Assembly: GCA_902587145.1 (NCBI GenBank)
Contig: CACIKD010000001.1
Location: 122,805 to 186,804, forward strand
Direction: 5' to 3'
Source: an uncultured Pelagibacteraceae bacterium
GTDB lineage: Bacteria > Pseudomonadota > Alphaproteobacteria > Pelagibacterales > Pelagibacteraceae
Length of the DNA stretch: 64,000 nucleotides
The notes under the pieces are model-generated. The model saw only the letters and a program-made list of their open reading frames with translations. It ran no database searches and was not told the origin of the DNA. Numbering within the stretch: position 1 is the first letter of the stretch; each line of letters opens with the position of its first letter. Shown one piece after another: positions 10,564-23,891 of this stretch. A program made the translations under genes and the position numbers.

Positions 10564-11271
10564 CTATTTCTTTTTACCTTTCGCTGCTTCAGATTTTTTA
10601 ATTTTTTCGTTATACTTTTCTAATGTCGTTTTTCTTCTCACATCTTTAATCGATCCTCTTAAATAAACTGTTGAGTTTTTTCCTCCAGGAATTGAACCTT
10701 TAAGATAAAGTAAATTATTGTCCGGATCTGATTTTATTATTTCAAGATTTAACATCGTTCTAAATTTGTCTCCCATATGACCTGCCATCTTCTTTCCTTT
10801 AAATACTTTTCCAGGATCTTGATTTTGACCAGTTGAGCCATGTGCTCTATGTGAAACTGAAACACCATGAGAAGCTCTCAACCCACCAAAATTCCATCTT
10901 TTCATAGCACCTGCAAATCCTTTACCAATAGTTTTTGACTTCACATCAACAAATTTTTTATCTTTTAAAAGTTCTAAACCTAATTCATTTCCGGCTTTGT
11001 AATTTTCAGTATTATCTACTCTATACTCTTTTAAAATTCTTTTAGGTTCAGTATTTTTTTTTGTAAAAAAACCTTTCATTTGTTTTGTTAGTTTAGAGTT
11101 TTTTATTTTGTAATATCCAATTTTCACTGCTGAGTATCCTCTTTTGTCTTTTTCAATGATATCGATTACTCGACCAGTTTCTATTTTTATAACAGTTACA
11201 GGTACAGATTGACCAGATTGAATGAATTCTCTTGTCATGCCTAATTTAGTTCCTATTAATCCAATGCTCAT
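10564..11271 (-). CDS. rplC: 50S ribosomal protein L3
   Basis: KLGMT, GKGFAG, GKKMAGHMG. Confidence 0.99.
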   Translation of the reverse strand: MSIGLIGTKLGMTREFIQSGQSVPVTVIKIETGRVIDIIEKDKRGYSAVKIGYYKIKNSKLTKQMKGFFTKKNTEPKRILKEYRVDNTENYKAGNELGLELLKDKKFVDVKSKTIGKGFAGAMKRWNFGGLRASHGVSVSHRAHGSTGQNQDPGKVFKGKKMAGHMGDKFRTMLNLEIIKSDPDNNLLYLKGSIPGGKNSTVYLRGSIKDVRRKTTLEKYNEKIKKSEAAKGKKK

Positions 11272-11273
11272 AA

Positions 11274-11582
11274 TTATATTTTTATTTCTATATCTACACC
11301 CGAAGCTAAATCTAATTTCATTAGTGCCTCTACAGTTTGAGGTGTTGGTTCAATTATATCTATTAATCTTTTGTGAGTTCTAGACTCAAATTGTTCTCTA
11401 CTTTTTTTATCTATATGAGGAGATCTTAAAACTGTATACCTTTCAATTCTTGTTGGTAGAGGTATAGGGCCTTTTACCTGAGCTCCAGTTCTTTTAGCTG
11501 TGTTGACAATTTCTTCCGTAGAAAGATCTAGGATTTTATTATCGTATGCTTTTAAATGTATTCTAATATTTTGATTTTCCAT
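11274..11582 (-). CDS. rpsJ: 30S ribosomal protein S10
   Basis: [20 protein letters not shown]. Confidence 0.99.
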   Translation of the reverse strand: MENQNIRIHLKAYDNKILDLSTEEIVNTAKRTGAQVKGPIPLPTRIERYTVLRSPHIDKKSREQFESRTHKRLIDIIEPTPQTVEALMKLDLASGVDIEIKI

Positions 11583-11583
11583 A

Positions 11584-13659
11584 TTATGCTAATTTTTTTG
11601 TCACCTCATCTTGAACATTTTGTGGCACTTTATCATAATGACTAAATTGCATCGTGTATTGTGCTCTTCCTTGTGTTGAGGATCTTAGATTGTTTATATA
11701 TCCAAACATGTTTGCAAGAGGAACTGTAGCTTGTATAGCAGTTGCGTTACCCCTAGGTTCTGTTGAGCCAACTTGACCTCTTCGGCTATTTAGATCTCCA
11801 ATTACGTCACCCATAAAGTCTTCTGGTGTAACAACTTCAACTTTCATTATAGGTTCCAATAATTTTAATTGTGCTTTAGTACAAGCATCTCTAAAACACA
11901 TTCTGCTAGCAATTTCAAAAGCTAAAACACTTGAGTCAACATCATGGTGTAATCCATCTAAAATTGTCACTTTGTAATCTATCATTGGAAATCCAGCTAA
12001 TATTCCGCTATCAGCTACGCTTTCAACTCCTTTTTCTACTCCTGGTATAAATTCTTTAGGGATCGCTCCACCTTTAATCTTGTTTTCAACCTCTCTTCCT
12101 TTGCCTGGTTCTAGAGGTTCAACTAGTAAAGTGACTTTTGCAAATTGTCCTGCGCCACCACTTTGTTTTTTATGAATATAAGTGACTTCTGATGAACCAA
12201 GTATTGTTTCTCTGTAGGCTACTTGGGGAGCTCCAATATTTGCTTCAACTTTGAACTCTCTTTTCATTCTATCAACAATTATATCCAAGTGAAGTTCCCC
12301 CATCCCTTTAATAATTGTTTGTCCTGACTCTTCATCTGATGTTACTCTGAATGAAGGGTCCTCTTTAGCTAATCTACCTAAAGCTTCTCCCATTTTTTCT
12401 TGGTCAGCTTTTGTTTTTGGTTCAACTGCAATTTCTATTACTGGGTCTGGAAATTCCATAGGTTCAAGCAATACAGGTTTATCTTCTTCACATAAAGTAT
12501 GACCAGTAATAGTGTATTTCAAACCAGCTAAGGCAACTATATCTCCAGCTGTGGCCTCTTTAATATCTTCTCTACTATTAGCGTGCATTAAAAGCATTCT
12601 TCCAACCCTCTCTGATTTTTCTTTCGAAGAGTTATAAACTGATGTGCCGGATTTTAATGTTCCTGAATAAATTCTTACGAATGTTAAAGAACCAACAAAA
12701 GGGTCATTAGCAACTTTAAAAGCTAAGCCAGAAAAAGGTTCATTATCATTAAATTTCATTTCAATTTTTTCATCAGAACCGAGTTTAGTACCCTCGATCG
12801 ATTTTAAATCTTGGGGACTTGGTAAATAGTCTATAACTGCATCTAACAAAGGTTGAACACCTTTGTTTTTAAAAGCAGAGCCTGTAGTAATTGGTACAAA
12901 ACTAAATCCAAGTGTGCCTTTTCTTATACATTTAACAAGGTCTTGTTCTGAAGGCTCTTTTCCATTCAAATAGTCCTCCATTAATTTTTCATCTTCCTCC
13001 ACAGCAGTCTCAACTAATTCTTTTCTATATTGAGACGCTTTTTCTTTAAGATCTTCTGGTATATCTACTAAATCAAATTTTGCACCTAAATCTTCGTTCT
13101 GCCAAATGATTGCTTTCATTTTAACTAAATCTACAATTCCTTTTAAATCTGCTTCCATACCTACAGGAATTTGAAGCACTAGAGGTTTTGCTCCAAGTCG
13201 GTCTTTAATCATATCAACACATCTGAAAAAATCGGCTCCAGTTCTATCTAATTTATTTACAAAACATATTCTTGGGACTTTATATTTATCAGCTTGTCTC
13301 CAGACTGTTTCAGATTGAGGTTCTACTCCCGCAACTCCATCAAACACAGCAACTGCTCCATCAAGAACTTTGAGAGATCTTTCAACCTCAATTGTAAAGT
13401 CGACATGTCCAGGTGTATCTATGATATTAATTCTGTGATCTCTCCAAAAACAGGTAGTCGCTGCAGAGGTAATAGTTATTCCTCGTTCTTGCTCTTGTTC
13501 CATCCAATCCATCGTAGCTGCACCGTCGTGTACTTCTCCTATCTTATGGCTTTTGCCGGTATAATATAAAATTCTCTCAGTAGTAGTAGTTTTACCTGCA
13601 TCGATGTGTGCCATGATTCCTATATTACGATATTTATCTAATGAATATTTTTTTGACAT
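11584..13659 (-). CDS. fusA: Elongation factor G
   Basis: [30 protein letters not shown]. Confidence 0.99.
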   Translation of the reverse strand: MSKKYSLDKYRNIGIMAHIDAGKTTTTERILYYTGKSHKIGEVHDGAATMDWMEQEQERGITITSAATTCFWRDHRINIIDTPGHVDFTIEVERSLKVLDGAVAVFDGVAGVEPQSETVWRQADKYKVPRICFVNKLDRTGADFFRCVDMIKDRLGAKPLVLQIPVGMEADLKGIVDLVKMKAIIWQNEDLGAKFDLVDIPEDLKEKASQYRKELVETAVEEDEKLMEDYLNGKEPSEQDLVKCIRKGTLGFSFVPITTGSAFKNKGVQPLLDAVIDYLPSPQDLKSIEGTKLGSDEKIEMKFNDNEPFSGLAFKVANDPFVGSLTFVRIYSGTLKSGTSVYNSSKEKSERVGRMLLMHANSREDIKEATAGDIVALAGLKYTITGHTLCEEDKPVLLEPMEFPDPVIEIAVEPKTKADQEKMGEALGRLAKEDPSFRVTSDEESGQTIIKGMGELHLDIIVDRMKREFKVEANIGAPQVAYRETILGSSEVTYIHKKQSGGAGQFAKVTLLVEPLEPGKGREVENKIKGGAIPKEFIPGVEKGVESVADSGILAGFPMIDYKVTILDGLHHDVDSSVLAFEIASRMCFRDACTKAQLKLLEPIMKVEVVTPEDFMGDVIGDLNSRRGQVGSTEPRGNATAIQATVPLANMFGYINNLRSSTQGRAQYTMQFSHYDKVPQNVQDEVTKKLA

Positions 13660-13662
13660 AAA

Positions 13663-14133
13663 TTACCATCTGAAATGGGCGAATGCTTTATTTGACTCCG
13701 CCATTTTATGAGTGTCTTCTCTTTTTTTTATTGCTGAACCTTTATTCTGTGATGCGTCAAGTATTTCATAATATAATTTTTCTGACATTGTTTTATTTTT
13801 TCTTTTTCTTGTAGCATCAATGATCCATCTTAAAGCTAAAGCTTGTCCTCTATTTGCCTTTACTTCTACGGGTACTTGGTAAGTGGCACCTCCCACTCGT
13901 CTTGATCTAACTTCTAAATTTGGTTTTACATTACTAATAGCACTGTTAAATACTTTAATAGGATCTTCTTTTCCTTTTTGTTTTATTTTATCTAGCGCAT
14001 CATACAAAATTTTTTCTGCTGTTGATCTTTTACCGTCATACATAATAGAATTTATAAATTTTGAAATCACTACAGATCTATATTTTGGATCTGGATAAAT
14101 CTTTCTAACTGGTGCTTTTCTTTTTCTGGACAT
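13663..14133 (-). CDS. rpsG: 30S ribosomal protein S7
   Basis: [20 protein letters not shown]. Confidence 0.99.
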   Translation of the reverse strand: MSRKRKAPVRKIYPDPKYRSVVISKFINSIMYDGKRSTAEKILYDALDKIKQKGKEDPIKVFNSAISNVKPNLEVRSRRVGGATYQVPVEVKANRGQALALRWIIDATRKRKNKTMSEKLYYEILDASQNKGSAIKKREDTHKMAESNKAFAHFRW

Positions 14134-14137
14134 AATA

Positions 14138-14509
14138 TTATTTTGGTTTTTTAGTTCCGTAAAGTGAACGTCTTTTTTTTCTATTAGCTACACCTTGTGT
14201 ATCAAGATTTCCTCTTAAAATATGATATCTTACTCCAGGCAAGTCTTTAACCCTTCCACCTCTGATCATAACAACTGAGTGTTCTTGTAAATTATGTCCT
14301 TCTCCAGGGATATAAGCTGTAACTTCAAATCCATTTGAAAGTCTTACTCTTGCAACCTTTCTTAGTGCTGAATTAGGTTTTTTTGGAGTAGTCGTATAGA
14401 CTTTCACACAAACACCTCTTTTCAAAGGTTGTTTTTGCAAAGCAGGAACTTTGTTTCTCATTAAAGGTTTAACTCTACCCTTTTTTATTAACTGGTTTAT
14501 AGTCGGCAT
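14138..14509 (-). CDS. rpsL: 30S ribosomal protein S12
   Basis: MPTINQL, PKKPNSA, RVKDLPG. Confidence 0.99.
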   Translation of the reverse strand: MPTINQLIKKGRVKPLMRNKVPALQKQPLKRGVCVKVYTTTPKKPNSALRKVARVRLSNGFEVTAYIPGEGHNLQEHSVVMIRGGRVKDLPGVRYHILRGNLDTQGVANRKKRRSLYGTKKPK

Positions 14510-14600
14510 ATTTTATTTTGAAGTAAAAGAAAGGATTACCTTGGAAAAATCATTGTTAGTGTTTAAGGTTAAATTCGACCTTACTTCTAACTTTCAAAAT
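14510..14600 (-). promoter_or_regulatory. Structured rpsL 5' leader (probable cis-regulatory RNA)
   Basis: RNA-strand GAAGUAA (14587-14581) can pair with UUACUUC (14526-14520), enclosing AAGGU...ACCUU and AAGG-UAAU-CCUU hairpins; unusually long gap for this genome. Confidence 0.65.
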
Positions 14601-14606
14601 TGCGCT

Positions 14607-14634
14607 AAACTAGCATCGAAGCTAGAAAAGTCAA
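14607..14634 (-). promoter_or_regulatory. Putative sigma70 promoter for rpsL
   Basis: Minus strand TTGACT (14634-14629), 16 nt spacer, TAGTTT. Confidence 0.5.
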
Positions 14635-14670
14635 CGATTTTTGGCTGTATTATTAGTTAAAAATGACGAT

Positions 14671-17600
14671 TTATTCCGCCGCAGGAGCGCTTTCTAGCTC
14701 CTCCTTTTTTAATTCTTCCAATCTAAGCTTGTCTTCTTTTTGAGCTTCTTTATCCCAACCCATTTTAGTTAATCCAGTACCTGCAGGAACTAATCTTCCA
14801 ACAATAACATTTTCTTTTAAGCCTTCAAGATTATCAACTTTTCCCTTAATTGAAGCGTCAGTTAATACTCTTGTTGTTTCTTGGAAAGAGGCTGCTGAAA
14901 TAAATGAATTTGTTTGTAATGAAGCTTTTGTTATTCCCAATAATACTCTTTCAAATGAAACTGGTTTTTTCTTATCATTTGAAAGTTTTTCATTAATAAT
15001 TTTTATATCATTAAGATCTATTATTTCTCCAAGAAGTAATTCTGAGTCCCCTGGATCTTTAACTTCAACTTTTTTTAACATTTGTCTAACAATTGTCTCT
15101 ATATGTTTATCATTAATAACAACACCTTGTAATCTATAAACTTCTTGTACCTCACTTACAAAATATTCTGTCAACTTTTCTACTCCTAATATTCTTAAAA
15201 TATCGTGTGGTGCTGGACTTCCATCTAATAGGTATTCTCCTTTTTTTATTTTTTCACCTTGGTTAAAATTCACGTGCTTACCTTTAGGTATTAAATAATT
15301 TGAAGTTTCACCCTTTGAAGAAACAATAGATATTTTTTGTTTTCCTCTAACTTCTTTTCCAAATTCTATAACTCCATCATTTTCTGCAATTATAGCACTG
15401 TCTTTAGGTCTTCTAGCTTCAAAAAGTTCTGCAACACGAGGTAAACCTCCAGTAATGTCTTTTGTTTTAGAAGTTTCTTTCGGTAGTCTTGCCAGTACAT
15501 CACCTGCTGAAATTTTTTGCCCATCTTTAACAGATAAAATTGTGTCGGGGACTAAATAATATCTAGCTTCATTGCCATCGGCTTTTTTAATAACTTCTCC
15601 TTTGTCAGTCCTTAGAGTAAGTCTTGGTTTTAACTCAGAGTTTTTACTTACTGACTTCCAATCTGTAACAGATTTTGATGATATACCTGTAGCATCATCT
15701 AAAGTTTCAGTGATAGAAGTACCTTCAACTAAATCCATATAATTTACAATTCCAGAAGTTTCAGCAATTACTGGCAATGTGTATGGATCCCACTCAGCAA
15801 TTTTCTTTCCTTTATCTATATTATCACCATCTTTAAAGAAGAGTTTAGAACCATAATTAACTTTATAGATGGCAAGTTGTCTATTATTTTCATCCTCAAT
15901 GCTTAATTGAGTATTTCTGCCCATGACGATCATATTTTTTTTGGAGTCTTCAATAAGATTTTTATTTATAATTTTAAGCTTCCCCTTTGTTTGTGACACT
16001 ATTTGAGACTCCTCTTTAATTTGAGCTGTTCCGCCAACGTGAAAGGTTCTCATTGTAAGCTGCGTTCCTGGTTCTCCTATTGATTGAGCAGCTATCATAC
16101 CTATCGCCTCTCCAATGCTTACTAATTTTCCTCTAGCTAAATCTCTTCCATAACAAACTTGGCACACTCCCTTTGTAGATGCGCAAGTTATAACAGAATA
16201 TACATTGACTGATTTAACGCCGGCAGCATCTATTTTTTCACAGTCAAATTCATCAATTAATTTCCCTTTTTTTATTATGACCTCACCTGTTACAGGATTT
16301 TTAATATCTTCAGCAATTACTCTTCCAAGAACTCTTTCTGATAAACTTACTAAAATATTTCCACCCTCTATTATTTCAGATATTGTTACTGATGATCTTT
16401 TTTTTGGATCACATTCGGCTTTTGTAACCTGTACGTCCTGAGCAACATCGCATAATCTTCTTGTTAAATAGCCGGAGTTTGCAGTTTTTAATGCAGTATC
16501 TGCCAATCCTTTTCTTGCTCCATGAGTTGAGTTAAAATATTCTAATACTGATAAACCTTCTTTGAAATTAGAGATTATTGGAGTTTCTATTATTTCTCCA
16601 GACGGTTTGGCAATCAATCCTCTCATTCCAGCGAGCTGTTTCATTTGTGCTTGGGAACCACGAGCGCCAGAGTCTGCCATCATATAAACAGAATTAGTTT
16701 CAATTCTATCATTCTCATAAACCTTTTCAGCAGAAGAAATTTCTTTCATCATTTCATTAGCGACTGTATCAGTGCATTTAGACCATATGTCTACTACCTT
16801 ATTATATTTTTCTCCTCTTGTTATTAATCCATCTGAATATTGTTTCTCATAATCCTCAATTTTCTTTTTTGTGTCGTTAATTAAGTTCTCTTTTGTTTTA
16901 GGTATAATTAGATCATCTTTTCCAAATGAAATCCCAGCTTTAAATGCGTGTTTAAAACCTAGTGTTTTTATTCTATCACAAAAAATAACAGTCTCTTTTT
17001 GACCGCAATATCTAAAAATCGTATCAATGACCTCTGAAACGCTTTTCTTAGTTAATAATCTGTCAATTAAAGTAAACTTAATGCTATGGTGTTTTGGTAA
17101 TAAATTAGCTAGTAAAAATCTACCAGCTGTACTGGAGTATTTTTGTTTAACAATGTTATTTTTTTGATCAACAGTCTCAAATATTGATATAATTTTAGTA
17201 TGCAAACTAATTGATTTATTTTCTAATGCTTGTTCGATTTCATCTATATTAGAAAAAATTCCTTTTGCTTTATCAGACTTTGATGATTGAGATAAATAAT
17301 AAATTCCTAGCACGATGTCTTGACTTGGAACTATTATTGGTTTTCCGTTTGAAGGACTTAATATATTATTTGTAGACATCATAAGAACTCTTGCTTCTAA
17401 TTGAGCCTCTAAACTCAAAGGAATGTGAACTGCCATTTGGTCTCCATCAAAATCAGCGTTAAAAGCAGCACATACCAACGGGTGGAGTTCTATAGCATTT
17501 CCTTCAATTAGCTTAGCTTCAAATGCCTGCACTCCTAGTCTGTGTAAAGTTGGAGCCCTATTTAATAATACTGGATGTTCTCTAATGATGTGCTCCAAAG

Positions 17601-18840
17601 CGTCCCATACTTCACTTTTTTCTTTTTCCACCAACCTTTTTGCTTGTTTAATTGTTGTAGCTAAACCTAATTTATCTAATCTAGCGTACAAAAAAGGTTT
17701 GAATAATTCTAAAGCCATTTTTTTTGGTAAACCACACTGATGTAATTTAAGTTCAGGACCTACAACAATTACTGATCTTCCGGAATAATCAACTCTTTTA
17801 CCTAATAAATTTTGTCTAAATCTTCCTTGTTTTCCTTTCAACATTTCAGCAAGAGATTTTAAAGGTCTCTTACCAGTTCCAGTTATTACCCTTCCTCTTC
17901 GTCCGTTATCAAAAAGAGCATCGACTGATTCTTGTAGCATTCTTTTTTCATTACGAACAATAATGTCAGGCGCTTTAAGATCTAAAAGTCTTTTAAGTCT
18001 ATTATTTCTATTAATTACTCTTCTATACAAATCATTTAAATCAGAAGTGGCAAATCTTCCGCCATCTAAAGGAACTAAAGGTCGTAATTCAGGTGGAATT
18101 ACTGGGACAGTAGTTAAAATCATCCACTCAGGTTTATTACCTGAGTTGATAAAAGACTCAATCAATTTTAACCTCTTAATTGTTCTCTCCTCAGTAACTT
18201 TTGATTTTATTTCTTTTAAAGATTCTCTTAATTTTTTTTGTTCAGATTTTAGATCAAGATTTATTAGAATTTCTCTAACTGCCTCCGCTCCTATTCCAGC
18301 GCTAAAAGCATCTTCACCAAATTCATCTTGAGCTTTAATAAGTTCTTCCTCATTTAATAATTGTCCTTTTTTTAATTTTGTCAGACCGGGTTCTATAACT
18401 ATAAAGCTTTCAAAGTATAAAACCTTTTCGACTTCTTTAAGCTTCATGTCTATGGCTAATGAAATTCTACTAGGTAAAGATTTCAAAAACCATATATGAG
18501 CTACTGGACATGCTAAATCTATATGACCCATCCTTTCACGTCTGACATTAGATTTGGTAACTTCTACACCACATTTTTCACATATTATTCCTCTGAATTT
18601 CATTCTTTTGTATTTTCCACAAAGACATTCGTAGTCTTTGACTGGTCCAAAAATTCTTGAACAAAAAAGACCATCTTTTTCAGGTCTGAAAGTCCTATAA
18701 TTTATCGTTTCTGGTTTTTTTATTTCACCAAAAGACCAAGATTTAATTTTATCCGGACTAGCTAAAGTAATTTTTATACTTCCAAAATTATTTTCAGAGA
18801 TGTTTCTATTGTCAATGTTTTTTGTTAAATTTTTTTCCAT
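14671..18840 (-). CDS. rpoC: RNA polymerase beta' subunit
   Basis: NADFDGD catalytic motif, Zn finger CLC...[12 protein letters not shown]. Confidence 0.99.
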   Translation of the reverse strand: MEKNLTKNIDNRNISENNFGSIKITLASPDKIKSWSFGEIKKPETINYRTFRPEKDGLFCSRIFGPVKDYECLCGKYKRMKFRGIICEKCGVEVTKSNVRRERMGHIDLACPVAHIWFLKSLPSRISLAIDMKLKEVEKVLYFESFIVIEPGLTKLKKGQLLNEEELIKAQDEFGEDAFSAGIGAEAVREILINLDLKSEQKKLRESLKEIKSKVTEERTIKRLKLIESFINSGNKPEWMILTTVPVIPPELRPLVPLDGGRFATSDLNDLYRRVINRNNRLKRLLDLKAPDIIVRNEKRMLQESVDALFDNGRRGRVITGTGKRPLKSLAEMLKGKQGRFRQNLLGKRVDYSGRSVIVVGPELKLHQCGLPKKMALELFKPFLYARLDKLGLATTIKQAKRLVEKEKSEVWDALEHIIREHPVLLNRAPTLHRLGVQAFEAKLIEGNAIELHPLVCAAFNADFDGDQMAVHIPLSLEAQLEARVLMMSTNNILSPSNGKPIIVPSQDIVLGIYYLSQSSKSDKAKGIFSNIDEIEQALENKSISLHTKIISIFETVDQKNNIVKQKYSSTAGRFLLANLLPKHHSIKFTLIDRLLTKKSVSEVIDTIFRYCGQKETVIFCDRIKTLGFKHAFKAGISFGKDDLIIPKTKENLINDTKKKIEDYEKQYSDGLITRGEKYNKVVDIWSKCTDTVANEMMKEISSAEKVYENDRIETNSVYMMADSGARGSQAQMKQLAGMRGLIAKPSGEIIETPIISNFKEGLSVLEYFNSTHGARKGLADTALKTANSGYLTRRLCDVAQDVQVTKAECDPKKRSSVTISEIIEGGNILVSLSERVLGRVIAEDIKNPVTGEVIIKKGKLIDEFDCEKIDAAGVKSVNVYSVITCASTKGVCQVCYGRDLARGKLVSIGEAIGMIAAQSIGEPGTQLTMRTFHVGGTAQIKEESQIVSQTKGKLKIINKNLIEDSKKNMIVMGRNTQLSIEDENNRQLAIYKVNYGSKLFFKDGDNIDKGKKIAEWDPYTLPVIAETSGIVNYMDLVEGTSITETLDDATGISSKSVTDWKSVSKNSELKPRLTLRTDKGEVIKKADGNEARYYLVPDTILSVKDGQKISAGDVLARLPKETSKTKDITGGLPRVAELFEARRPKDSAIIAENDGVIEFGKEVRGKQKISIVSSKGETSNYLIPKGKHVNFNQGEKIKKGEYLLDGSPAPHDILRILGVEKLTEYFVSEVQEVYRLQGVVINDKHIETIVRQMLKKVEVKDPGDSELLLGEIIDLNDIKIINEKLSNDKKKPVSFERVLLGITKASLQTNSFISAASFQETTRVLTDASIKGKVDNLEGLKENVIVGRLVPAGTGLTKMGWDKEAQKEDKLRLEELKKEELESAPAAE

Positions 18841-18846
18841 ACTTGT

Positions 18847-21800
18847 TTAATTCAGTTCAATATTTAAACCTAATGCTCTTATTTCTTTTATTAACACATT
18901 AAAAGACTCAGGCACTCCCGACTCAAAATTGTTATTTCCTTTAACTATAGTTTCATAAACTTTTGTTCTACCTGCAACATCATCAGATTTTACTGTTAAA
19001 ATTTCTTGAAGAGAGTATGAAGCTCCGTAAGCTTCTAGTGCCCAAACTTCCATTTCTCCAAATCTTTGTCCTCCTAGTTGAGCTTTACCTCCTAATGGTT
19101 GTTGAGTGACTAAACTGTAAGGACCTGTAGAACGAGCGTGTATTTTATCCTCGACTAGGTGATTTAATTTTAACATGTAAATTGTTCCAACCGTAACCGG
19201 TCTGTCAAACTGCTCTCCCGTTCTTCCATCCCATAAATTCGTTTGTCCGCTAGCTGGAAGCTTTGCTAAGTTTAACATTTTAGTAATATCTTGAGTTGAA
19301 GCTCCATCAAATACAGGTGTGCCTATTGGTATACCATTTGAAATGTTTTCTACTAATTCAAATATTTCTTTTTTAGATAACTTTGATATAACATTTTCAT
19401 AATATTCATTGCCATATATATCTTTAAGTTTATTTTTTAGTTTTTCAAATTCTTTTTCAAAATCTTTTAAATATGATTTAATTTGATCTCCTAATTCAGA
19501 ACATGACCAACCTAGATGAGTCTCAAGTATTTGACCTACATTCATCCTACTTGGCACGCCTAAAGGATTTAAAACTATGTCTACTGGCTTTCCATTTTCC
19601 ATGTAAGGCATATCTTCTACTGGAACTATTTTACTGACTACTCCTTTGTTGCCATGTCTGCCTGCCATTTTATCTCCTGGCATAAGTCTTCTTTTAACGG
19701 CAACGAACACTTTTACAACTTTCATAACAGTCGGAAGTAAATCATCACCTTGTTGAATTTTGTTTACTTTATCATCAAATCTTAAATTTATATCTTCTAG
19801 AGCATTATCATATTGGTTTTTTAATTTTAAAATATTTTCGTTTATTTTTTCCTCTTTAAATGAAATTTTCCATAAATCTTTTAATCCTAGTGTATTTAAA
19901 TCGTTCTCATTTAAAGTGAGTCCAGCTTTGAGTTCCTTGTAATTTTTGCTTATAGATTGATTTTTCAGTAAGTCTATCGCCCTAGACTTAATATTTCTAT
20001 TTAAAATTTCTTCTTCCACTTTTCGATCTTCTTGTACTAATTCAATTTCAGATCTTTCAATAGCTATTGATCTTTCGTCTTTTTCTATTCCATGTCTATT
20101 AAAAACCCTAACATCAATTACAACTCCTGTGCTACCTGATGGTAACTTTAATGAAGAGTCTCTTACATCTGTTGCTTTTTCACCGAAAATCGATCTCAAG
20201 AGTTTTTCCTCAGGGCTTGAAGAGGTCTCGCTTTTAGGTGTAACTTTTCCTACTAATATATCGCTTGGTTTTACTTCTGCTCCGACGTAAACAATACCAG
20301 ATTCATCAAGATTTCTCAGGCTTTCCTCACTTACATTAGGTATATCTCTAGTTATTTCTTCTGCTCCAAGCTTTGTATCTCTTGCCATAGACTCATATTC
20401 TTCAATATGGATTGATGTAAACACGTCATCAGTCACACATCTTTCTGAAATTAAAATTGAGTCCTCGAAATTGTAACCTTGCCAAGGCATAAAGGCAACT
20501 GTAACGTTTTTGCCTAAAGCTAATTCTCCAAGTTTTGTGGCTGGTCCATCAGCAATTATATCTCCCTTTTTAATTTCATCTCCAACTTTAACTAAAGGCT
20601 TTTGATTAATACATGTGTTTTGATTTGATCTTTTAAATTTTGAGAGATTATAAATATCTACCGCTGATTGGGATAAATCTTTTACTTCTGTTGCCTTTAC
20701 AACTATTCTTTTACCATCAATTTTATCTACAACTCCGCTTCTTTTTGCTACAATTGTTACGCCAGAGTCTAAAGCTACATCTGACTCAATGCCCGTACCA
20801 ACAAGAGGTGACTCAGGTTTTAATAAAGGAACAGCTTGCCTCATCATATTAGATCCCATTAAAGCTCTATTAGCATCGTCATTTTCAAGGAATGGAATTA
20901 AAGCTGCAGCAACTGATACCAACTGTTTAGGAGATACATCTATATAATCTATGTTATCTTTATTTGATAACTGAAAATTTAAATTTTTTCTACAAGCCAC
21001 AAGTTCTTCCTCAAAAGTACCATCTTTGCTCAGTGAAGAATTAGCTTGAGCGATTGTGTATTTTTCCTCTTCTATTGCTGAGAGATATTTTATCTCATTC
21101 GTAACTTTACCTTTAACAACTTTTTTATATGGACTTTCAATATATCCAAATTTATTTACCCTGCAGTAAGTAGCTAAACTATTTATTAATCCAATATTTG
21201 GTCCTTCTGGAGTTTCGATTGGACATATTCTTCCGTAGTGAGTTGGATGAACGTCTCTTACTTCGAAGCCTGCTCTTTCTCTAGTAAGTCCACCTGGGCC
21301 TAACGCGGACACTCTTCTTTTATGGGTTATTTCTGATAAAGGATTAGTTTGATCCATAAATTGTGATAACTGAGAAGTAGCAAAAAAATCTTTTAAGGAC
21401 GTTGTAATTGGTTTTGCATTTATTAAATCTTGAGGCATTGCTGACTCTATTTCTAAGAATGTGGACATTTTTTCTTTTACTGTTCTCTCCATTCTCAAAA
21501 GACCAATTCTGAATTGGTTTTCGACTAGCTCACCAACCGATCTAACTCGTCTATTTCCAAGGTGGTCTATATCATCTACTTCGCCCTTACCATCTCTTAA
21601 ATCAAGCATAAATTTTATTATTGCAATGATATCTGTTGAATCAAGAGTGTTATCTTTTATATCTCTATTTAAATTAAGTTTTGAATTCAATTTTACTCTT
21701 CCAACTTCCGATAAATCATATCTGTCTTTATTAAAGTACAAATTTTTAAAAACATCCTCTGCAATTTCAATTGTTGGTGCTTCACCTGGTCTCAATACTT

Positions 21801-22938
21801 TATAAATATCATTTAAAGCATCAGTTTTATTTGTATTTTTATCAATTTTTAAGGTCTCCAATAAATAAGGTCCTTTATTAATTGGATCTATATTTACTAG
21901 TTCTAAACTTTTTATATTCTCACCTTTTATTTTATTAATTGTCTCCTCATTTAAATCTGATCCTGAAGGAAGAAAAATATTATTATCTTTATCAGTCAAA
22001 TCTTTTGAAGAATATTTACCTATTAATTCTTCATTAGTTACAAATATCTCTTTTAAGTTTTTTTCCTCTAATTTTTTAGCAATAACAAAATTTAGTTTTT
22101 CACCCTTGGATAACAATTTTTTATTATTTTTTGCATCAATTAAATCAAATGCTAATTTGACCGGCCTTTTATAATTATTAATTTCAAATGAAGTTACCCA
22201 TTTACTATTTTTTTCATCGTAATTATATTTGCTAGTTGAGTAAAAATTTTTAATAATCTTTTCTCTTGTTATACCCAAAGCAAACAGTATTGTTGTAATT
22301 GGTAGTTTTTTCTTTCTATCAATTCTAAAATATAAAATATCTTTAGGATCAAATTCAAAGTCTAGCCATGAACCTCTTCCTGGTATTATTCTGCAATTAA
22401 ATAATAGTTTACCACTGGAGTGTGTTTTACCTTTATCATGATCAAAAAATACACCTGGACTTCTATGCATTTGATTCACTACTACTCTTTCAACTCCGTT
22501 TACTACGAAAGTACCACTCGGAGTCATTAAAGGAAGTTCTCCTATAAATACTTCTTGTTCCTTTGCTGATAAAATTTGTTTTGTATTATTTTCTGTGTCA
22601 ATATCATAAACAACTAATCTTAAATTAGCTTTTAAAGACGCTGAGAATGTAAGGCTTCGTTGCTTACACTCTAAAACATCAAATTTCGGTTTTTCTAATT
22701 TGTATGAAATATATTCAAGAGTTGACTTATCAGAGTTATCATCTATGGGAAAAATACTTTTAAAAACTTTATCTATACCTTTTGAAAGTATATCCATTTG
22801 TTCATTTAAAGCTTTGGATGACAAGAATTCTTGATAAGAATTTTTTTGAACTTCTATTAGATTGGGTATTGACAAGCCTTCTTTTAGCTTACCAAAACTT
22901 TTTCTTATACTTTTCTTTTGAGTAAAAGATAATTCCAT
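18847..22938 (-). CDS. rpoB: RNA polymerase beta subunit
   Basis: [46 protein letters not shown]. Confidence 0.99.
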   Translation of the reverse strand: MELSFTQKKSIRKSFGKLKEGLSIPNLIEVQKNSYQEFLSSKALNEQMDILSKGIDKVFKSIFPIDDNSDKSTLEYISYKLEKPKFDVLECKQRSLTFSASLKANLRLVVYDIDTENNTKQILSAKEQEVFIGELPLMTPSGTFVVNGVERVVVNQMHRSPGVFFDHDKGKTHSSGKLLFNCRIIPGRGSWLDFEFDPKDILYFRIDRKKKLPITTILFALGITREKIIKNFYSTSKYNYDEKNSKWVTSFEINNYKRPVKLAFDLIDAKNNKKLLSKGEKLNFVIAKKLEEKNLKEIFVTNEELIGKYSSKDLTDKDNNIFLPSGSDLNEETINKIKGENIKSLELVNIDPINKGPYLLETLKIDKNTNKTDALNDIYKVLRPGEAPTIEIAEDVFKNLYFNKDRYDLSEVGRVKLNSKLNLNRDIKDNTLDSTDIIAIIKFMLDLRDGKGEVDDIDHLGNRRVRSVGELVENQFRIGLLRMERTVKEKMSTFLEIESAMPQDLINAKPITTSLKDFFATSQLSQFMDQTNPLSEITHKRRVSALGPGGLTRERAGFEVRDVHPTHYGRICPIETPEGPNIGLINSLATYCRVNKFGYIESPYKKVVKGKVTNEIKYLSAIEEEKYTIAQANSSLSKDGTFEEELVACRKNLNFQLSNKDNIDYIDVSPKQLVSVAAALIPFLENDDANRALMGSNMMRQAVPLLKPESPLVGTGIESDVALDSGVTIVAKRSGVVDKIDGKRIVVKATEVKDLSQSAVDIYNLSKFKRSNQNTCINQKPLVKVGDEIKKGDIIADGPATKLGELALGKNVTVAFMPWQGYNFEDSILISERCVTDDVFTSIHIEEYESMARDTKLGAEEITRDIPNVSEESLRNLDESGIVYVGAEVKPSDILVGKVTPKSETSSSPEEKLLRSIFGEKATDVRDSSLKLPSGSTGVVIDVRVFNRHGIEKDERSIAIERSEIELVQEDRKVEEEILNRNIKSRAIDLLKNQSISKNYKELKAGLTLNENDLNTLGLKDLWKISFKEEKINENILKLKNQYDNALEDINLRFDDKVNKIQQGDDLLPTVMKVVKVFVAVKRRLMPGDKMAGRHGNKGVVSKIVPVEDMPYMENGKPVDIVLNPLGVPSRMNVGQILETHLGWSCSELGDQIKSYLKDFEKEFEKLKNKLKDIYGNEYYENVISKLSKKEIFELVENISNGIPIGTPVFDGASTQDITKMLNLAKLPASGQTNLWDGRTGEQFDRPVTVGTIYMLKLNHLVEDKIHARSTGPYSLVTQQPLGGKAQLGGQRFGEMEVWALEAYGASYSLQEILTVKSDDVAGRTKVYETIVKGNNNFESGVPESFNVLIKEIRALGLNIELN

Positions 22939-22947
22939 TAAATAATT

Positions 22948-22973
22948 TTATTACGAAATTTAATTCGCAATAA
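22948..22973 (-). promoter_or_regulatory. Stem-loop between rplL and rpoB (possible attenuator or processing site)
   Basis: RNA UUAUUGCGAA-UUAAAU-UUCGUAAUAA: 10 bp stem with one G-U pair. Confidence 0.55.
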
Positions 22974-22992
22974 CTGTGTCTTAAATTTTAAT

Positions 22993-23361
22993 TTACTTTA
23001 ATTCTACTTTAGCACCGGCTGCTTCAAGTTTTTTCTTAAATTCGTCGGCTTCTTTTTTTGGAACGCCTGCTTTAATTTCCTTTGGTGCTCCTTCAACTAA
23101 ATCTTTAGCTTCTTTTAATCCTAAACCAGTTATAGCTCTAACTTCTTTAATAACATTAATTTTTTTATCTCCTGCAGCTGCTAAAAATAAAGAGAATTCA
23201 GATTTTTCTTCTCCTGCTGGTGCTGCGCCTGGAGCTGCCGCTGCTGCTACTGGAGCTGCTGCTGTTACTCCCCATTTTTCTTCTAATTGTTTTGAAAGCT
23301 CTGCTGCTTCTACAACTGTTAATTTTGATAAATCTTCAATTATTTTGTTTAAGTCTGACAT
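22993..23361 (-). CDS. rplL: 50S ribosomal protein L7/L12
   Basis: Ala-rich hinge, [24 protein letters not shown]. Confidence 0.99.
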   Translation of the reverse strand: MSDLNKIIEDLSKLTVVEAAELSKQLEEKWGVTAAAPVAAAAAPGAAPAGEEKSEFSLFLAAAGDKKINVIKEVRAITGLGLKEAKDLVEGAPKEIKAGVPKKEADEFKKKLEAAGAKVELK

Positions 23362-23376
23362 AAATGATCCTTGTAA

Positions 23377-23889
23377 TTATTTTTTTAAACTCTTTGCGCG
23401 CGCTAAATTAGCAATTTTTGAGCCAGGTGCAAGTAAAATACTCACTAATTTTTGAGCTGGTGATGACAAAATACCTACAATTTTAGCCCTCGCCTCCTCT
23501 AAAGATGGTAATGTGGCGATAATAGCCACCTCCTTTTGATCTAAAACCTTGCCATCCATAAAACCTGCAATGATTTTTAATTTATTATGAGATTTTGAAA
23601 ATTTTGTTAAAATTTTAGCTGTAGTAATAGGGTCAGATGAAAGAGCCGCAGCTGTAGGACCAGAGAAATATTTTTCCAGATCCTTAACTGGTGTTTCTTT
23701 TATTGCAATTTTAGTTATTCGATTTTTTGTTATTTTAAATAAAATACCTTTCTCTCTTAATTGTTTTCTTAACTCATCAAGTTCATTTACGTTTAATCCT
23801 TGATACTGAGCTATCATAACTGAATTATTTGAAGAAAAGTTTTTTTTCATTTCTTCAATATAATTTCTTTTATTTTCTTTGCTCATCAT
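23377..23889 (-). CDS. rplJ: 50S ribosomal protein L10
   Basis: YQGLNV, KNRITK, ATLPS. Confidence 0.98.
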   Translation of the reverse strand: MMSKENKRNYIEEMKKNFSSNNSVMIAQYQGLNVNELDELRKQLREKGILFKITKNRITKIAIKETPVKDLEKYFSGPTAAALSSDPITTAKILTKFSKSHNKLKIIAGFMDGKVLDQKEVAIIATLPSLEEARAKIVGILSSPAQKLVSILLAPGSKIANLARAKSLKK

Positions 23890-23891
23890 AA

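Noticed and set aside
14451-14660. 69-aa plus-strand ORF across the rpsL leader
   Set aside because: Non-ATG start, antisense to the rpsL start and promoter, and no motif; better explained as leader RNA on the minus strand.
21290-21390. Rifampicin-resistance substitutions in rpoB (and streptomycin-resistance changes in rpsL)
   Set aside because: The cluster I sequence and the rpsL PKKPNS and RVKDLPG motifs look wild-type.
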